A DNA stretch of 64,000 nt, taken from positions 75,950,001 through 76,014,000 of the forward strand of contig CM052823.1 of NCBI GenBank assembly GCA_028534125.1. Reading direction: 5' to 3'. Position numbers and translations under genes: made by a program. Source of the stretch: Lama glama (lineage: Eukaryota). Below, piece after piece: positions 13,005-26,230 of this stretch (position 1 is the first letter of the stretch; each line of letters begins with the position of its first letter). The notes beneath the pieces were generated by a model that made no database searches, was not told where the DNA came from, and worked only from the letters and a program-made list of their open reading frames with translations.

Positions 13005-13800
13005 CCCTTCCTGGCTGCTGTGATACCAGCTTTTCCTTGTTTTCCTTCTACACCTCTGGACTCTTCCTCTCTTCTTTGTGGGCTAGCTTCTTTTTCTTCC
13101 AAATAAGCAACCCATGCCTACAGTTACCATTTCCTTTATACCCATTTCCCCTTTACTCCTGGCTTCTGCTTTAACTACACTCATAACACCAGTCCCTCAA
13201 CGGTTACATATGACCTTCCTACAGCCTAATTCATTCCTTTCTCCCTTCCATCTTTGCTCTGATCTCCCTCTATGACTTTGGACCCACTTGGCATTCCTCC
13301 TTCTTGTATCTGTTTGCCTGTTGCTGTTGTGATAGGCTTTTCCTTCTCTTCCATGGCTCCTTATTCTTCTGGACCTGTTCCTAGCTCCCCTGAAGTCCCT
13401 GAACCCCGAGCATTTCCCAGCCTAAGTGCTTAGCGCTCCTCTTCATACTTCTTTCAAGAATTCATTTTTCCTGACTTCTGTTCTTGCTGCTGTGTAAGTG
13501 CCCCACCCTCTGCATACATACAATTCCCTTCTTAGCCTCGTCCTCTTTCCTTAACTCCATATCTGATGCCTTAAGTGCCTAGTTAACATCAGCGCTTAGA
13601 TGTCTCACCACCACTCCACACTTAAATATCTAAACCCAAATCCACTGACTTCCTGCTAACCTCCTTCCATCCTAGTCTTCTTATACATCATTTTCCCAGT
13701 CATTCGACCTCAAAATCTTGGGTTTCTTTTACATACTCCTTCCTCTTACTTTTCTACCCTTATCTGCCCCCTATCCTAGCCTAAACATGTTGTCACAAAG
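13005..13800 (+). mobile_element. L2 LINE fragments
   Basis: Pyrimidine-rich L2-like text 'ttcctggctgctgtgatacc...ttttccttctacacctctgg' and 'gatgtctcacc...cacttaaatatctaaacccaaa'. Confidence 0.65.
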
Positions 13801-14559
13801 TTTTAAGGATAGTTCTTTAGGATTCCCTAAAAATGTCTTGTCCCTGACTCAAGCATACTTACCTGAATTTCCTTTACCTTCACGCCCATATCTTAATATT
13901 TATAATGGACCTTAACCCTACCCTCTGCTCCATCAATGATCAAAGCATATACTCAGTGGTCAGTTAGTTGAAGGCAAATCCATATCTGCCCTCTAGATTT
14001 TTGTCAAAAATTACCTTGAATTCTCTAATATTAAATTGTTTTCGAAAGCCTCTATTGGGAAAAAAATCTATTGGGGATTTCTGGCGGACCCTCATTCCAC
14101 TCTTGGCAGTACCAAGATCTGATGCCTTCAAGGGCTACACAGGTGACACAGTTATGGAGATAGGTGCACTTGTAGTTCATTAGAGAGCCCAGGACTCCTC
14201 TCAAAGTATCAGGCATGATGCCAAACAAAACATCTCTCCATGGACCCAACCCAGACTATAGCCTTTACTAAATATCTGAATCAAGTGCCACAACCTTTAC
14301 GGAGCTGCACACTTGGACCTGGTGTGTGAGTCTTTTTTTGTAGCTTCCTTTGCCTAGTTACTCTCTAGTGCTAGGCCTTAAGCTGACTGTGAGTGACTTT
14401 ATAAATCAGCCATACACAGTTGATTGCTTCATCTAAAGAGATGTTAAGGACATAAAATCATTCATTTTTGTCCTTCTGAGTTAGATGCATTTAAGTTTTC
14501 TTAAATCTCTTACCAAATAAAATGAGGCGTTAATTCTTAAAAGTCATATCCCTCCTGTT

Positions 14560-14860
14560 TCCTCTCTTAGAAGATGAGTTCCTCAAGGTGGGGGACCTGG
14601 GTCTATTTCCTTCTCTACTGTTCCCCACTCCTAGAATCCAGGCCTCTGCATATGCTTGCTGCAAACCTGTTGCCTAAGTTTGCATTGTTTCCACCTTTGT
14701 CTAGATTTTATTCCCCATTGTAAGCTCTCCAGGGCCCTTCCTCTCAGACCTTCCCTTTTAGCTTATCCTGCACGCTGCTGCCAGATTGTTTTCCAACTCA
14801 GTTTTCATTATATCAATCCACTACTAAAAAGATAAATCCTTTTTTGCTTCCAGATAACTG
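14560..14860 (+). mobile_element. L2 3' fragments
   Basis: 'tgagttcctcaaggtgggggacctgggtc...cctagaatccaggcc' and 'tcctgcacgctgctgccagattg'. Confidence 0.55.
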
Positions 14861-16429
14861 CAAGACATCTTGCTTATACTTATTTCTTGGCTCTCTCTAC
14901 CCACACACTGACTCTCTCACTGAACTGCAGACATCCTACCTGGGAGTTCTCATCGTGTCTCCCCAGCGTCACCCAACTCAGCTAGTTCTGCCCCACGAGC
15001 CTCCCAGGAGGGGTCTGCTTCCTCTCTCTCCTTCCCTGAGCTTGCTACTACCTGGTATAAATACTCCTCCTCCTTTCCTTTTGACATGGGTCCTGGGATA
15101 CTCTTGCTTTTGACTGTCAAGTCACTCCATAACTCAAGAGTCATGAAAGCTTTCATTAAAAAAAAAAAAACAAAAAACATTTATTAAGGATTCTGAGAAA
15201 GGTGCTACATTCAGACATGAGAGGAAAAGTAAAATTCTGAGGAAGGTTCTGTAAGCCAGGATGTGATGTGAGGACCGCAGGTCTCTAGGATGACGATCAG
15301 AACTGCCCATGAACTTTCTACATCGAGGAAACACAGGGTATCAGAGCTGGGGGAAAAAAAAAAACCAACCCAGAGATTGTCCAATAGAACAATTCTCTCC
15401 TCTGAAAACTGAACACACCACATAAGATCCAGGGAAGTAGGGTCACTTGCCAATAGTCACTTGAAAGTGGAAAAGGTTTACCATGTACATATTCTGTGAT
15501 CTGATTTCCATGCCCTCGTATTGGGGTCATGACACTTGCAGTTTAGTCAGTTTTCCCAGCAAGATTCCAGGTGAGTCCCTGGGACTTTCTTGTTCTGGAG
15601 CAGGAGAGATCATAGAAACAAACAAGGGAAACTCAGAGGGATAAACATTGTGTAGCTGGCCTTCCCCTTTAGGGCGCCCCTGGGAGACCTCAGACACTAG
15701 CATTCCAAACATGTAGGGAAGACTACTGACAGTGCATAAAAGGCCAAGACTCCCTCTCTCTGGTAAGTGCACAGGCTGCCAAAACCCACATTTCACATGA
15801 GTACACAGACCCAAAGCTCTTCGGCATAAGGCAGGACTGAAGCTTTCTTACTCATCTTTGAGGTCCCATGACTTCAGTACATGTTTGTGGAAATGCTCCT
15901 TTCTTTGCAATAGCTTACTGGCCAACTACCAGCCAGCCTAGCTGCCCTTTTACCTCAGCTTTCATCTGTGCCCCTCTGAGGGTGCCCTCTTGTCCTCCAG
16001 ATGCCTAATCCATTGTCTTCCCAATAGGCTGTACCTGATATCCTCTCCCAGGAGAGTTTTTTAAAAAGTATAGTCAGCAGTGACAACCTGAAAAGCCTTC
16101 AAGATCTTGACTATTAAAAGACTTTCAGGCCATGAGACAAAGGGGTGCATCGAGGTACTAGAACCCTCCATGAGGCCTTGAGAGCCCACTGTACAGGAGA
16201 TACATGATACCCAAGCCACACTCTTTCCCACTAGCAGGCTGAGCCTATGTCACAGAGGAGGCATCGTTCCCATAGCAGCAGTCATTTCTCTAAGAGGTTT
16301 TCTACCGCTTTACTTTTCAACTCAATTTTGTAAGACCTGACATGTTTTCTGGCCTCAGTGGGATTTATCAGTCCAGTTTTGGCTTTTAACCTGAGGTGGG
16401 AAAAGGCAGAAGTGACAGTATCACAGGAG

Positions 16430-16580
16430 CAGAATTTGTGGTGGGGGGCCTGAGTTCAAGTCTCAGCTCTGTGGGTAACCAGCCCTGTAACCTTCTTCAC
16501 TTCCCCAGCCTCCCTGAGCCCAAGCTGAGGAAGTGAACTCTTTCCACCCCAGGACACTGGGGTGAGGGTTAAAGTGAAAT
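16430..16580 (+). mobile_element. Degenerate MIR
   Basis: 'cctgagttcaagtctcagctctg...gtgagggttaaagtga'. Confidence 0.55.
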
Positions 16581-16964
16581 CTCCAGAGCCAGGCACCAGT
16601 GGTGCTGGCTGTCATTCTTCAAGCCTTAAAACCTCTCTGGCACATAGAATTGTGTGATTCCCTGACTCTGGGAGAAATAGTGGAAAGTCCTCAAGTGGGG
16701 CTGCTTAGGGCAGCCTTGATCACACCAGCCAAAAGATTCAGAGCCATACCTGAGCCTTGGTATCCAAGATTTACTACACCGAGGTCCCAAGTGGCCTTAC
16801 TGTGGCTCATCTACCTGGATGTGGTGAGTTGTAAGGGCAGCAACAAGCCCACCTCTTGCGCAGAAACCCCAGCTGCCTCTGCAGTGGGTTGCCCGTCATC
16901 ATCACCACAGCAGAAGCTCCTCCAAGGCAAAGCCTCACATCTCTCTCCTCTCTGAGACCCCTAA

Positions 16965-17030
16965 GGAGGCTATCACAAGTGCCTGTACCTAGTAAGTGCT
17001 AAGTAAATACTGAAGTGGATGAATGAACAG
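16965..17030 (+). mobile_element. L2 3' terminus
   Basis: 'gtgcctgtacctagtaagtgctaagtaaatactg...gatgaatgaa'. Confidence 0.65.
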
Positions 17031-17289
17031 CTGGTAGGATAAGCATTTTAGGCCTGAGGTCATCAAAAAATGATGCATTCACATGTTTCCCTTAACCTAT
17101 CTCTGATTCTAAATGCCAAATTCCAGCAATGAAATGGCCCACAGCCATCACCCAAATAGTCGGATAACAGCAGCAATACTGGCCTTTCCTTCTGAGCTTA
17201 TCTGTTGTTTAGTGAACAAACTGTGAGGCCACAGAGATGGCCTAGAGCAAACTAATCTCTGGCGAGGGAGCCACTGGCTGACCCCAACT

Positions 17290-17372
17290 GCTGGGGTTAC
17301 TTAACCCCTCTGGACTACCTTTCCTTATCTATAAAATAAGAGGATTGGGCCACATGACCTCTTCTAGCTGTG
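17290..17372 (+). mobile_element. MIR (MIR3/MIRc-like) fragment
   Basis: 'gttacttaacccctctgg...tttccttatctataaaataagaggattgg'. Confidence 0.7.
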
Positions 17373-18124
17373 TGTCTGATGCTCAGCATTCTCCTTTATC
17401 TTAGCTTTCCCTCATGGACAGCCCTCCCCAATGCCTTTGCCCTCTTCATCTTCCTTGGTTCTCTCCTTCTGCACCATTGCCTTAGGCCAGACTATGGCAC
17501 CTGTAGGCTTAGGTACTGAGCTGATCTGGGATGTCAGGGAATCTGGGGTGCAAATGGCCAGGTTTGGCCATCTTCTCTAGCTCGTCTCATTTCCTTAGAG
17601 CTCCAGACTCATTCTGAGATTCTAATGAGAGCTGTGGAAACACACTCAGTAATCAGTATGCTTTGAATACAGTACTGGGTTCTGGACCCCCTGAGGCCCA
17701 TGCACAGACTTCAAATTAACAACTCCTGGCTCAAGTTTCTTTATCCACCTGCCACCTTAGGTTCTGAATGTCCCAGAAGTCTTTCCAGATCAGAACCACC
17801 TTCACTGACCAGAAGAGTATGATTTCCAGGTTGTAAATGAGTGAAATTTCTTTTGGGTATTTAACTTTTCACCTGGACCCCAAATCTACAGGTAAAGTCT
17901 TGATGATAACATGATAGATTGTGCAGCCAGTGGAACCAGTGAAAGAAAAAAGAATGGGAGCATGTTTGATCTCCCAAATCCCATGTGTGGCCTACTTCAC
18001 ACTGGCATTGTTCATGGCTGCCCTTAGCCTCAGTGGGCATCAAGGCTCACGGGACATCTGGGCTCCCGCCATGGAGGAGCCCATCTCATGGAGAGCACAT
18101 GCACGTGCGGACTACTGTGTCCAC

Positions 18125-18420
18125 TCCAAAAATTTAATATCTACAACATCACAGCCAGTGTTCTGGGCTCTAGGAATATAGCAACAAACAAAATGAGGTC
18201 CCTACTCTCAAGGAGTTAATTTGGACAAAACAGTCACCCATGTTACTAATAATGTAAGTCAAAATACAGGTGTTCAGAGGCATAAACAACTGTAGGATAG
18301 AGGAAAAAGTGATTATCCTGGAGAGGTTGGGCATGGCCTAAAGAGCAGCTCTTAGAGGAGGAAGAGTATTTTACAAGGCACCAAATTGAAAGAAAGGCAC
18401 TGCAGGTTGAGAGAATGAGA
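18125..18420 (-). mobile_element. L2 fragment
   Basis: 'gttctgggctctaggaatatagc...ggtccctactctcaaggagtt'. Confidence 0.6.
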
Positions 18421-18524
18421 AGAGAATTGACAGAGGTAATTCAAAGCTGCTCCTGAACCTCTGCCAGTGTCATGTGCTTTCTGGGGTTCAGATGGACTCC
18501 CTATCACTGTGTGCATTTACTGCT

Positions 18525-18680
18525 ACAGCTCTGCCTCAGTTTCATCATCAGAAAAATGAGGGAAATAATAGTGCTTCTCGATATGATAACTATGAGGAGG
18601 AAATGAGATAAAGCATGTTGAAGCCTTCCCCGAGTATCTATATCGAGCACATAGTAAGAGTTCAATAAATGGCTATTATT
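18525..18680 (+). mobile_element. MIR
   Basis: 'tctgcctcagtttcatcatcagaaaaatgaggg...gcacatagtaagagttcaataaatggctattatt'. Confidence 0.85.
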
Positions 18681-19169
18681 AGCCTTCAGTCTCCAACAAG
18701 AGCATAGGTAACAAGGGACAGTCCTGACAAGAGCAGAGCCTCTGGACTGAAGTAGTGTCCTCCAGGGTCACTGAAGAACGGTGTGCTCATGGGCAGGTCA
18801 TTGTACATCTCTTGGGTACTCTGAAGGGCCAGGGAATGGGGTCGTCTCTGAGCTCACTTGGTGGTCTGGAGGTCAGCAATTCTGTGACCCGGTGTCATGG
18901 AGTAACTGGAGAGGATATGAGAGATGCTGAGGTGGGCTGAACAGAACTGTGAAATACTCGGTGTTTGCCTTCAAGACCCCTCCTCACCCACACTTCCTTT
19001 TCCATGTTACTCCCCTACACTTCCTGTCCACCCACTTCCTTCTCCCCAGTCAGAGGAAATCATCTCACCAAAATAATTAGTCTCCAGGGGCTAATACTTC
19101 AGCTTGTTCTCTCTCCTGGGGTATTCTCAGTTTAACATGCAGTTCCATGGAGGGCAAAAAGACATGTGT

Positions 19170-19490
19170 GGTGCTCTCTCCATTCTGTGGGAGCCTGCAG
19201 GCTAGGAGGAGGAAAAACTAATGAGCATGGTACTGTCGACAAGCACAAAGAGATATTAGCATAGAGATGTGGCCAAAGGAGCCTTCATGGGGAAGGTGAG
19301 ACTTGTTCTGAGCCTTGGAATGTGGTTGGGTTTTGATGGTGAGGCTTTGGCAATGCTTAAAAGTAGAAATGAGAAAGGTGGTGGGAGATAATGAGACAGA
19401 AGGAGCTGGATTCTTGTTGAGAAGCATTAACATCCACTGGTGGAACCGTAAGTAGGGGAGGAGATGATGAGGGAGGATACAGGAGAGGCA
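19170..19490 (-). mobile_element. L2 fragment
   Basis: 'ggagccttcatggggaaggtgagacttgttctgagccttggaatgtgg'. Confidence 0.55.
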
Positions 19491-19889
19491 TTGCTCTCTT
19501 ACTTGACTCCCTGGTTTCTGACTGGCTTACATACTCTTATGCTAGGAAACCAGCATTATGTGCACTCCTCTACAAGGAGACTAGAGGAAGTTTTGAGAAA
19601 ACAGAAAATTCTACTAGCTAAAGTATCTGTGTGCAAGCTGATAATAATAGAGGCAGGCAGGCATCTTCACAACTAATTTATGAGCCTTGCAAGAATATTT
19701 TAAATTTACATCTAATTTAACTTAGGTCTGGTCAGCAAGAACTAAGTTTGATCAACTGTTCCACCACACTTGGCTTCAGTGTCCTTTTATTGCTTCCCAA
19801 ATCAAGTCTAGCTTCAGTGGATGAAGAATTGGCCCCATTGAGTTATCTGTATGTGACTTTTATTTTAAAAAGTAGAAACTACTGAGAAT

Positions 19890-20420
19890 TTTGAAAGTTC
19901 TCTTTGATTCTAGGATATTCTTGGCTAATATTTCTTTGAACATTGCTTTCCCTCCATTCTCACTATTCTGGCTTCCTAGATTACCAGTGAGACAAAGAAT
20001 GGGTCTTATGGATTCATCCTTCATGTTTTCTACCTGCTCTTTTCACATTTCCCATCTCTTTTATCTCTGTGCCACATTCTAAGAGAATTCCTTGACTGAA
20101 TCTTCAAGCCAGCACTTCAGCTGTTATCTATTTGGCTTTTCAGTCCATTCATTCAGATTTTTATTTCAAAAATCAAAGTATTAGTATCCATTATCTGCTC
20201 ATTTTTTTATGGATGCAATATCTGCTGGTGTATCTGAGGCTATTAATTCAACATATTCTAGAGTCCTATTTTGAATGATCACTAAATCTCTTTCCTTAGG
20301 TATAAACTCTTCTATTTATTTGTAGTTGTGTAACAAACTCCTTTCTATGGTGTTGGCATTCACCAAATGTTTGGCGAGTCTTAGTTATGTGCTCATTTTT
20401 TGTGGCTGAAATTCCTTGTT
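19890..20420 (-). mobile_element. Ancient L1M/HAL1 ORF1-region fragment
   Basis: T-rich antisense ORF1-like text 'atatttctttgaacattgctttccctccattctc...atctctgtgccacattct'. Confidence 0.6.
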
Positions 20421-20751
20421 AGTCAGCTGACTAAGGAAGGACCAAGGACCCCGCCGGAGGGAATAGAGGCACACAGAAACGCAAACACATAAAAATGGCT
20501 TCTCAGAGAATGGGTGGAACAGAGAACATGGGGGATTTTGGCCAGGCATGAGAATTCTAATAAAATAATCAAAATTTCTACAAGACAGGGTAAATGTTCA
20601 AAGAGGCAGTGAGTGACTCTTTAATAAGTGATCAAGACAATTTGAAAAAGGCTCCAAATGGAACTTGGAAGTAAGATGTAATCAGCATTGTTACAGTTTT
20701 CATGACACACTGTATTTTTAATGTAACTGTATCATAGCAGGAAATAATTCA

Positions 20752-20905
20752 CTTCACAGCTCTGCCTCATACTGTACGACTTGGGGCAAGTTACTACATC
20801 CCTCTGAGCCTTCAGTTTCCTTGCCAGTAAAATGAAAATAATAGAACCTTCCTTGCCTTGAGATAATATTGGTGAAAACTATTTATGTAAACCATGGCAG
20901 GCATG
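20752..20905 (+). mobile_element. MIR
   Basis: 'gacttggggcaagttactacatccctctgagccttcagtttccttgccagtaaaatg'. Confidence 0.8.
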
Positions 20906-22754
20906 ATTTTGCTAGAGGCTCCTTCTAACTCTCCTGGACTTGAGGAGCAAAGCAGAAATGAACCATCCAGTGATCCTTGAAGAGGTGAGAGAGAAGCATC
21001 TTCAGCCTCATATAAGCACTCCAGGGGTCCCTGTAAGGTCCTGAACAGCCATCACCACTGCACCAGCCACATTCTCCCAAATACTCCACTCCTTCACTGA
21101 GGGCCTTCTGTGCTGGGTACCCTACCAGGTGGATGGGCACATGAGGAACATGGCCAACAGGCCCTGTCCTAGACCTCATGACCCAGTAGCAGTAGAGGCA
21201 GGCCTTGAAATACTAAGTATAAAAATAAGATGAAGTTTATCAAAGGGAGCACTTTCGGTCCTATGGGAGTATATAACAAAAAACTTCTTCCAGATCCCCC
21301 AGATGAGATCAGGTGCCCTCTTAAACAGAGGCTTAAGATGGTAGGTATTTACCAGAGAGAGAGAGAACAGTGTGTACAAAGATTCTGATGGTTAAGAAGA
21401 CACTGTTCTTACCAAAAGTGGGAAATCTCCCTCTTTCCAAATTATGCAGGCATTATTCCAGTGATTGGGAGCAGACATTATTTGTGCTGAAGGTCTCTGG
21501 AAGAGCTGGACTGTAAATTCTCACATGGTTTCTTGACCTGTCAGGGAGTAAAGTGGGGAACCAGACCCATGTACAGGTGGGCTCCCCTGAATTGATTTCC
21601 ACCGTATCTCATTAATCCACTCAGGACATGGGACACAAAAAGGAATCCCTGTCTCCATAAAAACTCAAAGTAACTCAAAGGAATCTTTACTTAACAGAAT
21701 ATTTGAGAGTAGATTTCATTTTCAGTTTGTATGTTGGCAAGTGGTGGGGAGGGGGACATTCTGGTGTTCCCACTCCTCAGGACTGGCATCAACATCGCTG
21801 TTGAAAGTTTGGAAGCCATTAACCCTCTGGATGGAAACCGTCTCTAAGGCCCAAGTTTAGTTGAGACAAAAGTGACTTGCCTGCTATTGATGCCAAGTTA
21901 TACATAAAAGCTGTTATCAGTGGTTCTAAAAAATCAACCAGGGGATACAGGAGAACTTGAACTTACTAGAACAGGATGTAGGTAATGAGATTACTTCTGG
22001 ATAAGCACCCTGGAGGTGACAGGTTCTGTAAGGATGGATGAGTAATGTGTTTGTTGAAGAGCTCTTTCTATACTCAGCCTGGTGCTATAGGAAGCAGTCA
22101 TTTTCTTACACTGTAAGAGCCATCCTCCTGAAAATTAGGGCCCCAGAAATGATAAAGTTGCCCAAATAGTTCAGCTGAATTCTGAATGTCATTCTCCAGT
22201 TTTATGGGAGCCCTAGCTTTGCTCCCATGGAACCCTGGGTATTCAGAGGTTAATGTTTTCCACCAATAGGTAGTTTATGGGTAAGGCAGTGCTTCTGTAT
22301 CACCAGGGCAGAATTGGAAGTGGGCATTCCTGAGAGAAAGGTTTCTGTACAGCTTATCAATGAAGAGCATCGGGTCTAAAGATACTGCTTCCCACCCCAA
22401 CCCCATCCCTGGGAATATCAAAATGGGAAAAAGAAAGATTAAATCTGCAGGCCGCTTAGCTATATAATCCATAGGTCTTATGAAAACTACACAAGATTCT
22501 ATTTACTACTAAACCTAGAGAAGATTTAATAACCTGTATTTATGAAGCTCCTATTTCTATAAACATCAGAGGGCAGCCAATGGTTCTTCAGCTCAAGTCT
22601 GTGACCTACGGGTTTGGGAATTGGTGTATACATGGAAAGAAGATGAACACCTTGACAACCCACCTTGTAAGTCCAGCAGGTGAGGCGTGGCAGGAAGGGC
22701 CACCCCAAATCATTCTGAACTCACCTCTAAACATTCTAATCCAGTAAAGGTCAT

Positions 22755-22965
22755 AGTCTTTGGCTTATATGGTAGATCCCCAATATACCATTTACTGGAC
22801 CTGTAACCTTTGGTTGGGCAAGTTACTTAACCTCCCTGAGCCTCAGGTCCCATAGCTGTGTAACAGAGGTAGCACCCACCACCCATAGTGAGGGTGAGGA
22901 TTTTAGAGTTCATTTCCTTAAAGTGCTGGGTACAAGGGCTAACACCTATTTATTCCTCAACCATT
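22755..22965 (+). mobile_element. MIR
   Basis: 'tgggcaagttacttaacctccctgagcctcag'. Confidence 0.8.
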
Positions 22966-23114
22966 GAAAGCTAACCTAAGCAGTAAAATGAACACCTTCC
23001 AAAAGACAAAGATGTCAAGAAGGGGAAAAATATTTCACTAAGAACTGTTTTTTGAAGAAAGAGGTATAGTCAGGTAGCTTGGCCTTGGAGATGAGCGGTG
23101 GGCAGTGTGTGGAG

Positions 23115-23238
23115 AATCATGGATTGGTTTACCCATGACAGTCCCAGTTCATGCCTATTTTCCCAGCACCATTATTACTAGCACCCCCTTTACTCTCAAA
23201 AGTTCTCCCTTTGAATAATAAACTTTATGGCCACCTTA
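23115..23238. mobile_element. hAT-Blackjack MITE (MER94-like)
   Basis: 'gacagtcccagtt...gcaccccctttactctcaaaag...tatggccacct' resembles the reverse complement of recalled MER94. Confidence 0.7.
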
Positions 23239-23329
23239 ATTTTATGTGAGTTTCAAGTGCGCTTTCAGCAGCAGCCACTCCTTTCTTTCTGTCTGCACCA
23301 TCAAAACTACGGTGGTTGCAGCTATTAAT

Positions 23330-23505
23330 CATTATAATGGCTACCTTTTATAGAATGCTAAGCTTTATTATATCTAAACCTCACAACCAGTCCCGTAAAG
23401 ATTTTATTCATATATCCATTTACAGGTGTGGCTTGAAGAGATTAATTGCCCAAGAGTATAGCTTTCACCAAGTGTAGAACTTGGGGTGATAGCCTTAACT
23501 TACTA
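23330..23505 (-). mobile_element. Degenerate MIR
   Basis: 'cctcacaacc...ccatttacaggtg...ttgcccaaga'. Confidence 0.55.
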
Positions 23506-24009
23506 TACTTTGGGGCAGGCCTCTGTGTACCTTTCAGTCTGGAGCACGGCAGAGTAGGTGGTGACTCTTAAGAATGAAGAGAACCTCTCTGAACTTTTTT
23601 CTTTGTAATAATATTGGTCTCTGACCTCCAGGGCCTGGAAGGGGTACAGCTCAAAGGACTGTTGGCTCTTGACTTGTTAACCAGTAGAAATTTTGCCTCC
23701 AGGCTGTGGTGTAGGGAATCCAAGCAGGCCTTGATTTCTTGGACCCTGTGCTCCATTACCTGAGCCCAGGGCATGAGATCAGTCCTACATGGCACCATTT
23801 CATTGCCATATTTTCCTCAGGGTATTATTCCAAAGTGCCCAACCATGAAAAAACAGCAGCAACACGTGAAGGTCAAGTCCTCTTTCTCTGACCTTTCCTG
23901 GTGTCTTTTAGAGTATATTAACTCTCAATTTACGGATTCTAATACTACTTGTGGATCCCAAGAGGCATTTTCCTTGTGCATATGTGATACACAAGCATGT
24001 GTGATCGTA

Positions 24010-24238
24010 ATATTAACTAACACTTACTGAGCACTTACTGTGTGCCAGGCACTGTTCTAAGCACTTTGTAGGTAATAATCTCATTTAATCTGTAGATCAA
24101 GTCTAGGAGGTAGCTACTATCAACAGTGAAGTCCAGAATCTAGCAGCAGCTTACCCAAATTGACTTAGTACTGAGTGGCAGAACAGGGCTCAGATCCAGG
24201 CTATATGGCTCAGAAGCATGCTCTTATCCCCTCTGCTG
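24010..24238 (-). mobile_element. MIR
   Basis: 'acttactgagcacttactgtgtgccaggcactgttctaagcacttt...tctcatttaatc'. Confidence 0.9.
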
Positions 24239-25124
24239 CCCCTTGCAATTTCTTCTCTGTCCTCTCCTTTGTACTAGGTAGCTAACATTTCACAATCTAC
24301 CTATTTCCAAAGGACTGAAGGCTCCTCAAGCAAACTAGGTAGGCATCTAGGGCCATGCCAGGGGATGGGACTATGTATCCCTCCTTTTCGCTAGGACTGC
24401 ATGCTTTCCAAATCACTGTCTCTTCTTTGCAAAGCTTTCCAGGTCTCCCCACCCAGCCTACCATCACCTTTCTCACCTTGGCTTTCCTTTATTTCCCACA
24501 ACCGTAGTCACCTCTTGGTATACATCTTTGGTGACATTTTTAGCATGTCTTTATCCTAATGTAACCCAGGTGCTTTTAATCATGTGGCTTGACTCACACA
24601 TTAGACTGTAAACTATCTCTCCTCCAGCCCTCTCCCAGCTGGACCCCTATTAGTCTATGCAGCACATTTGTGTGATATAGTAAAAAGCCTTTGCCTCTGG
24701 GAGGATAAACTTTGGAAAAGGTACCCCTTCAGTGGAATTTGGACTGGATTCCAGGCCCTCCTGCCCCCAGTACCCTACACTCCTTCTCCACTCCATCCTC
24801 CACCATCTTCCACCCCATGCCAGTCTCCCTATGTCTGACAAAAGGGCTAAAAAGGAGGTGAACATCTGTTAGCTGCATGTAATTTTAAGGTAGGGCCTGT
24901 TGAAATTGTTACAGAGATTTACAAAAACATTTAAAATATAAATCTGATTTATTCAGTTAAAAGAGTTTAAATCCCCCCAAAAAAGAGAGCCAGCTTAAAT
25001 GGATGACTAAATGTCCAAGGAACCAAAGTTGGCTGCAACAAATGCTGCTCGAAACAAATCCAACAAAAGCTTGAGAAAGTGGGAAAGTCTTAGGAAGCTA
25101 TGGGTTAAATACCCCCACCTCCAC

Positions 25125-25300
25125 CCACCACCACTATTTACAAACCATGGCAATTTAGGAAAATCACAAAATCTCTCTCCCAGCCCCGGATTTTGCATCT
25201 GTAAAATGGGGCTAATGATGCCTGCCTTCCCACCATTCAGAGGATGATGTGATCATTAGAGGAGACAGTGAGTAGTGAAAACACCTAGAGAATCGTGGTA
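25125..25300 (+). mobile_element. MIR
   Basis: 'catctgtaaaatggggctaatgatgcctgcc'. Confidence 0.8.
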
Positions 25301-25974
25301 GGCAGAGTTAGGATTTAGGATCACTATCACCAGGAACTTCTGTCAAGTAATCACCAAAGCAAAAAAAAAAAAATAAAAAATCTGTATTGCATGAAAAAAA
25401 AATGGTGCATGCATTTCAAAAGCATCAGTTTCTGAAAAACACTTAAGTTTAGGAATAATTGGACATAGCTGCAGTATTTTGGCTACAAGCAAGAAAAGAT
25501 GGCATAAGGAAAGAACCCAAAGAGAGACCATCTTGTGTCCAATTCCTCCATTTCAAGGAGGATTTTAGGGAATGAATTGACACTGCATATAGCTTCTTTT
25601 GATTCTAAGACAACCAGCTTCTTTGCTAAGGGAGACTTCAAAAGGCTTTCTTGTAGAGTTGCCCCAGGTTTAGGGTGGACAGCAGGGTTATCAGGAGAAG
25701 CCAGGAATGGTAGAACAGTCCTCCAAATGTAAGAGTGCTAAGCCTTGGAACTGTTCTAAATAAATCACTTTAAAAATGAATCAAAACAGGGAGTAATGGT
25801 GCAGGCACTAGGGTTGCAGCAGATTGGAAAACTCTTTAGGGGTGGAGAGAAATGCCAGACAGATGGGGAAAAACTATGAGAGTCCAGGAAAAGTGGGCAG
25901 AGACTAGGCCAAGGGCTTTTGGTGTGGGTAAAGGCAGGCAATGCATTGCATGTGGAAAATGACCCAAATTATGT

Positions 25975-26230
25975 TAATGATTTATTCAGTCATTAACTTT
26001 TCTAGAACACTGAACTCCAACCAAGTACAAAGCATGGTATTAAGATTCTAGTATGGGTAGGTGGAGGGTTGGGAGGGGTGCAGGTAGGACATTAAGAAAA
26101 TACTGTCTCTGCCTTTAAGAAGCTTTTGATACAGCTGAGGAGAAAGACACAAATAAAAGTAGCAAGGCTTTATGTGATAAACACCACAGGAAAAGAGTAT
26201 GCAAATTATGGAAGTGAAAGCATAGGGACT
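25975..26230 (-). mobile_element. L2 3' fragment
   Basis: 'atttattcagtcatt...actgtctctgcctttaagaagctt'. Confidence 0.5.
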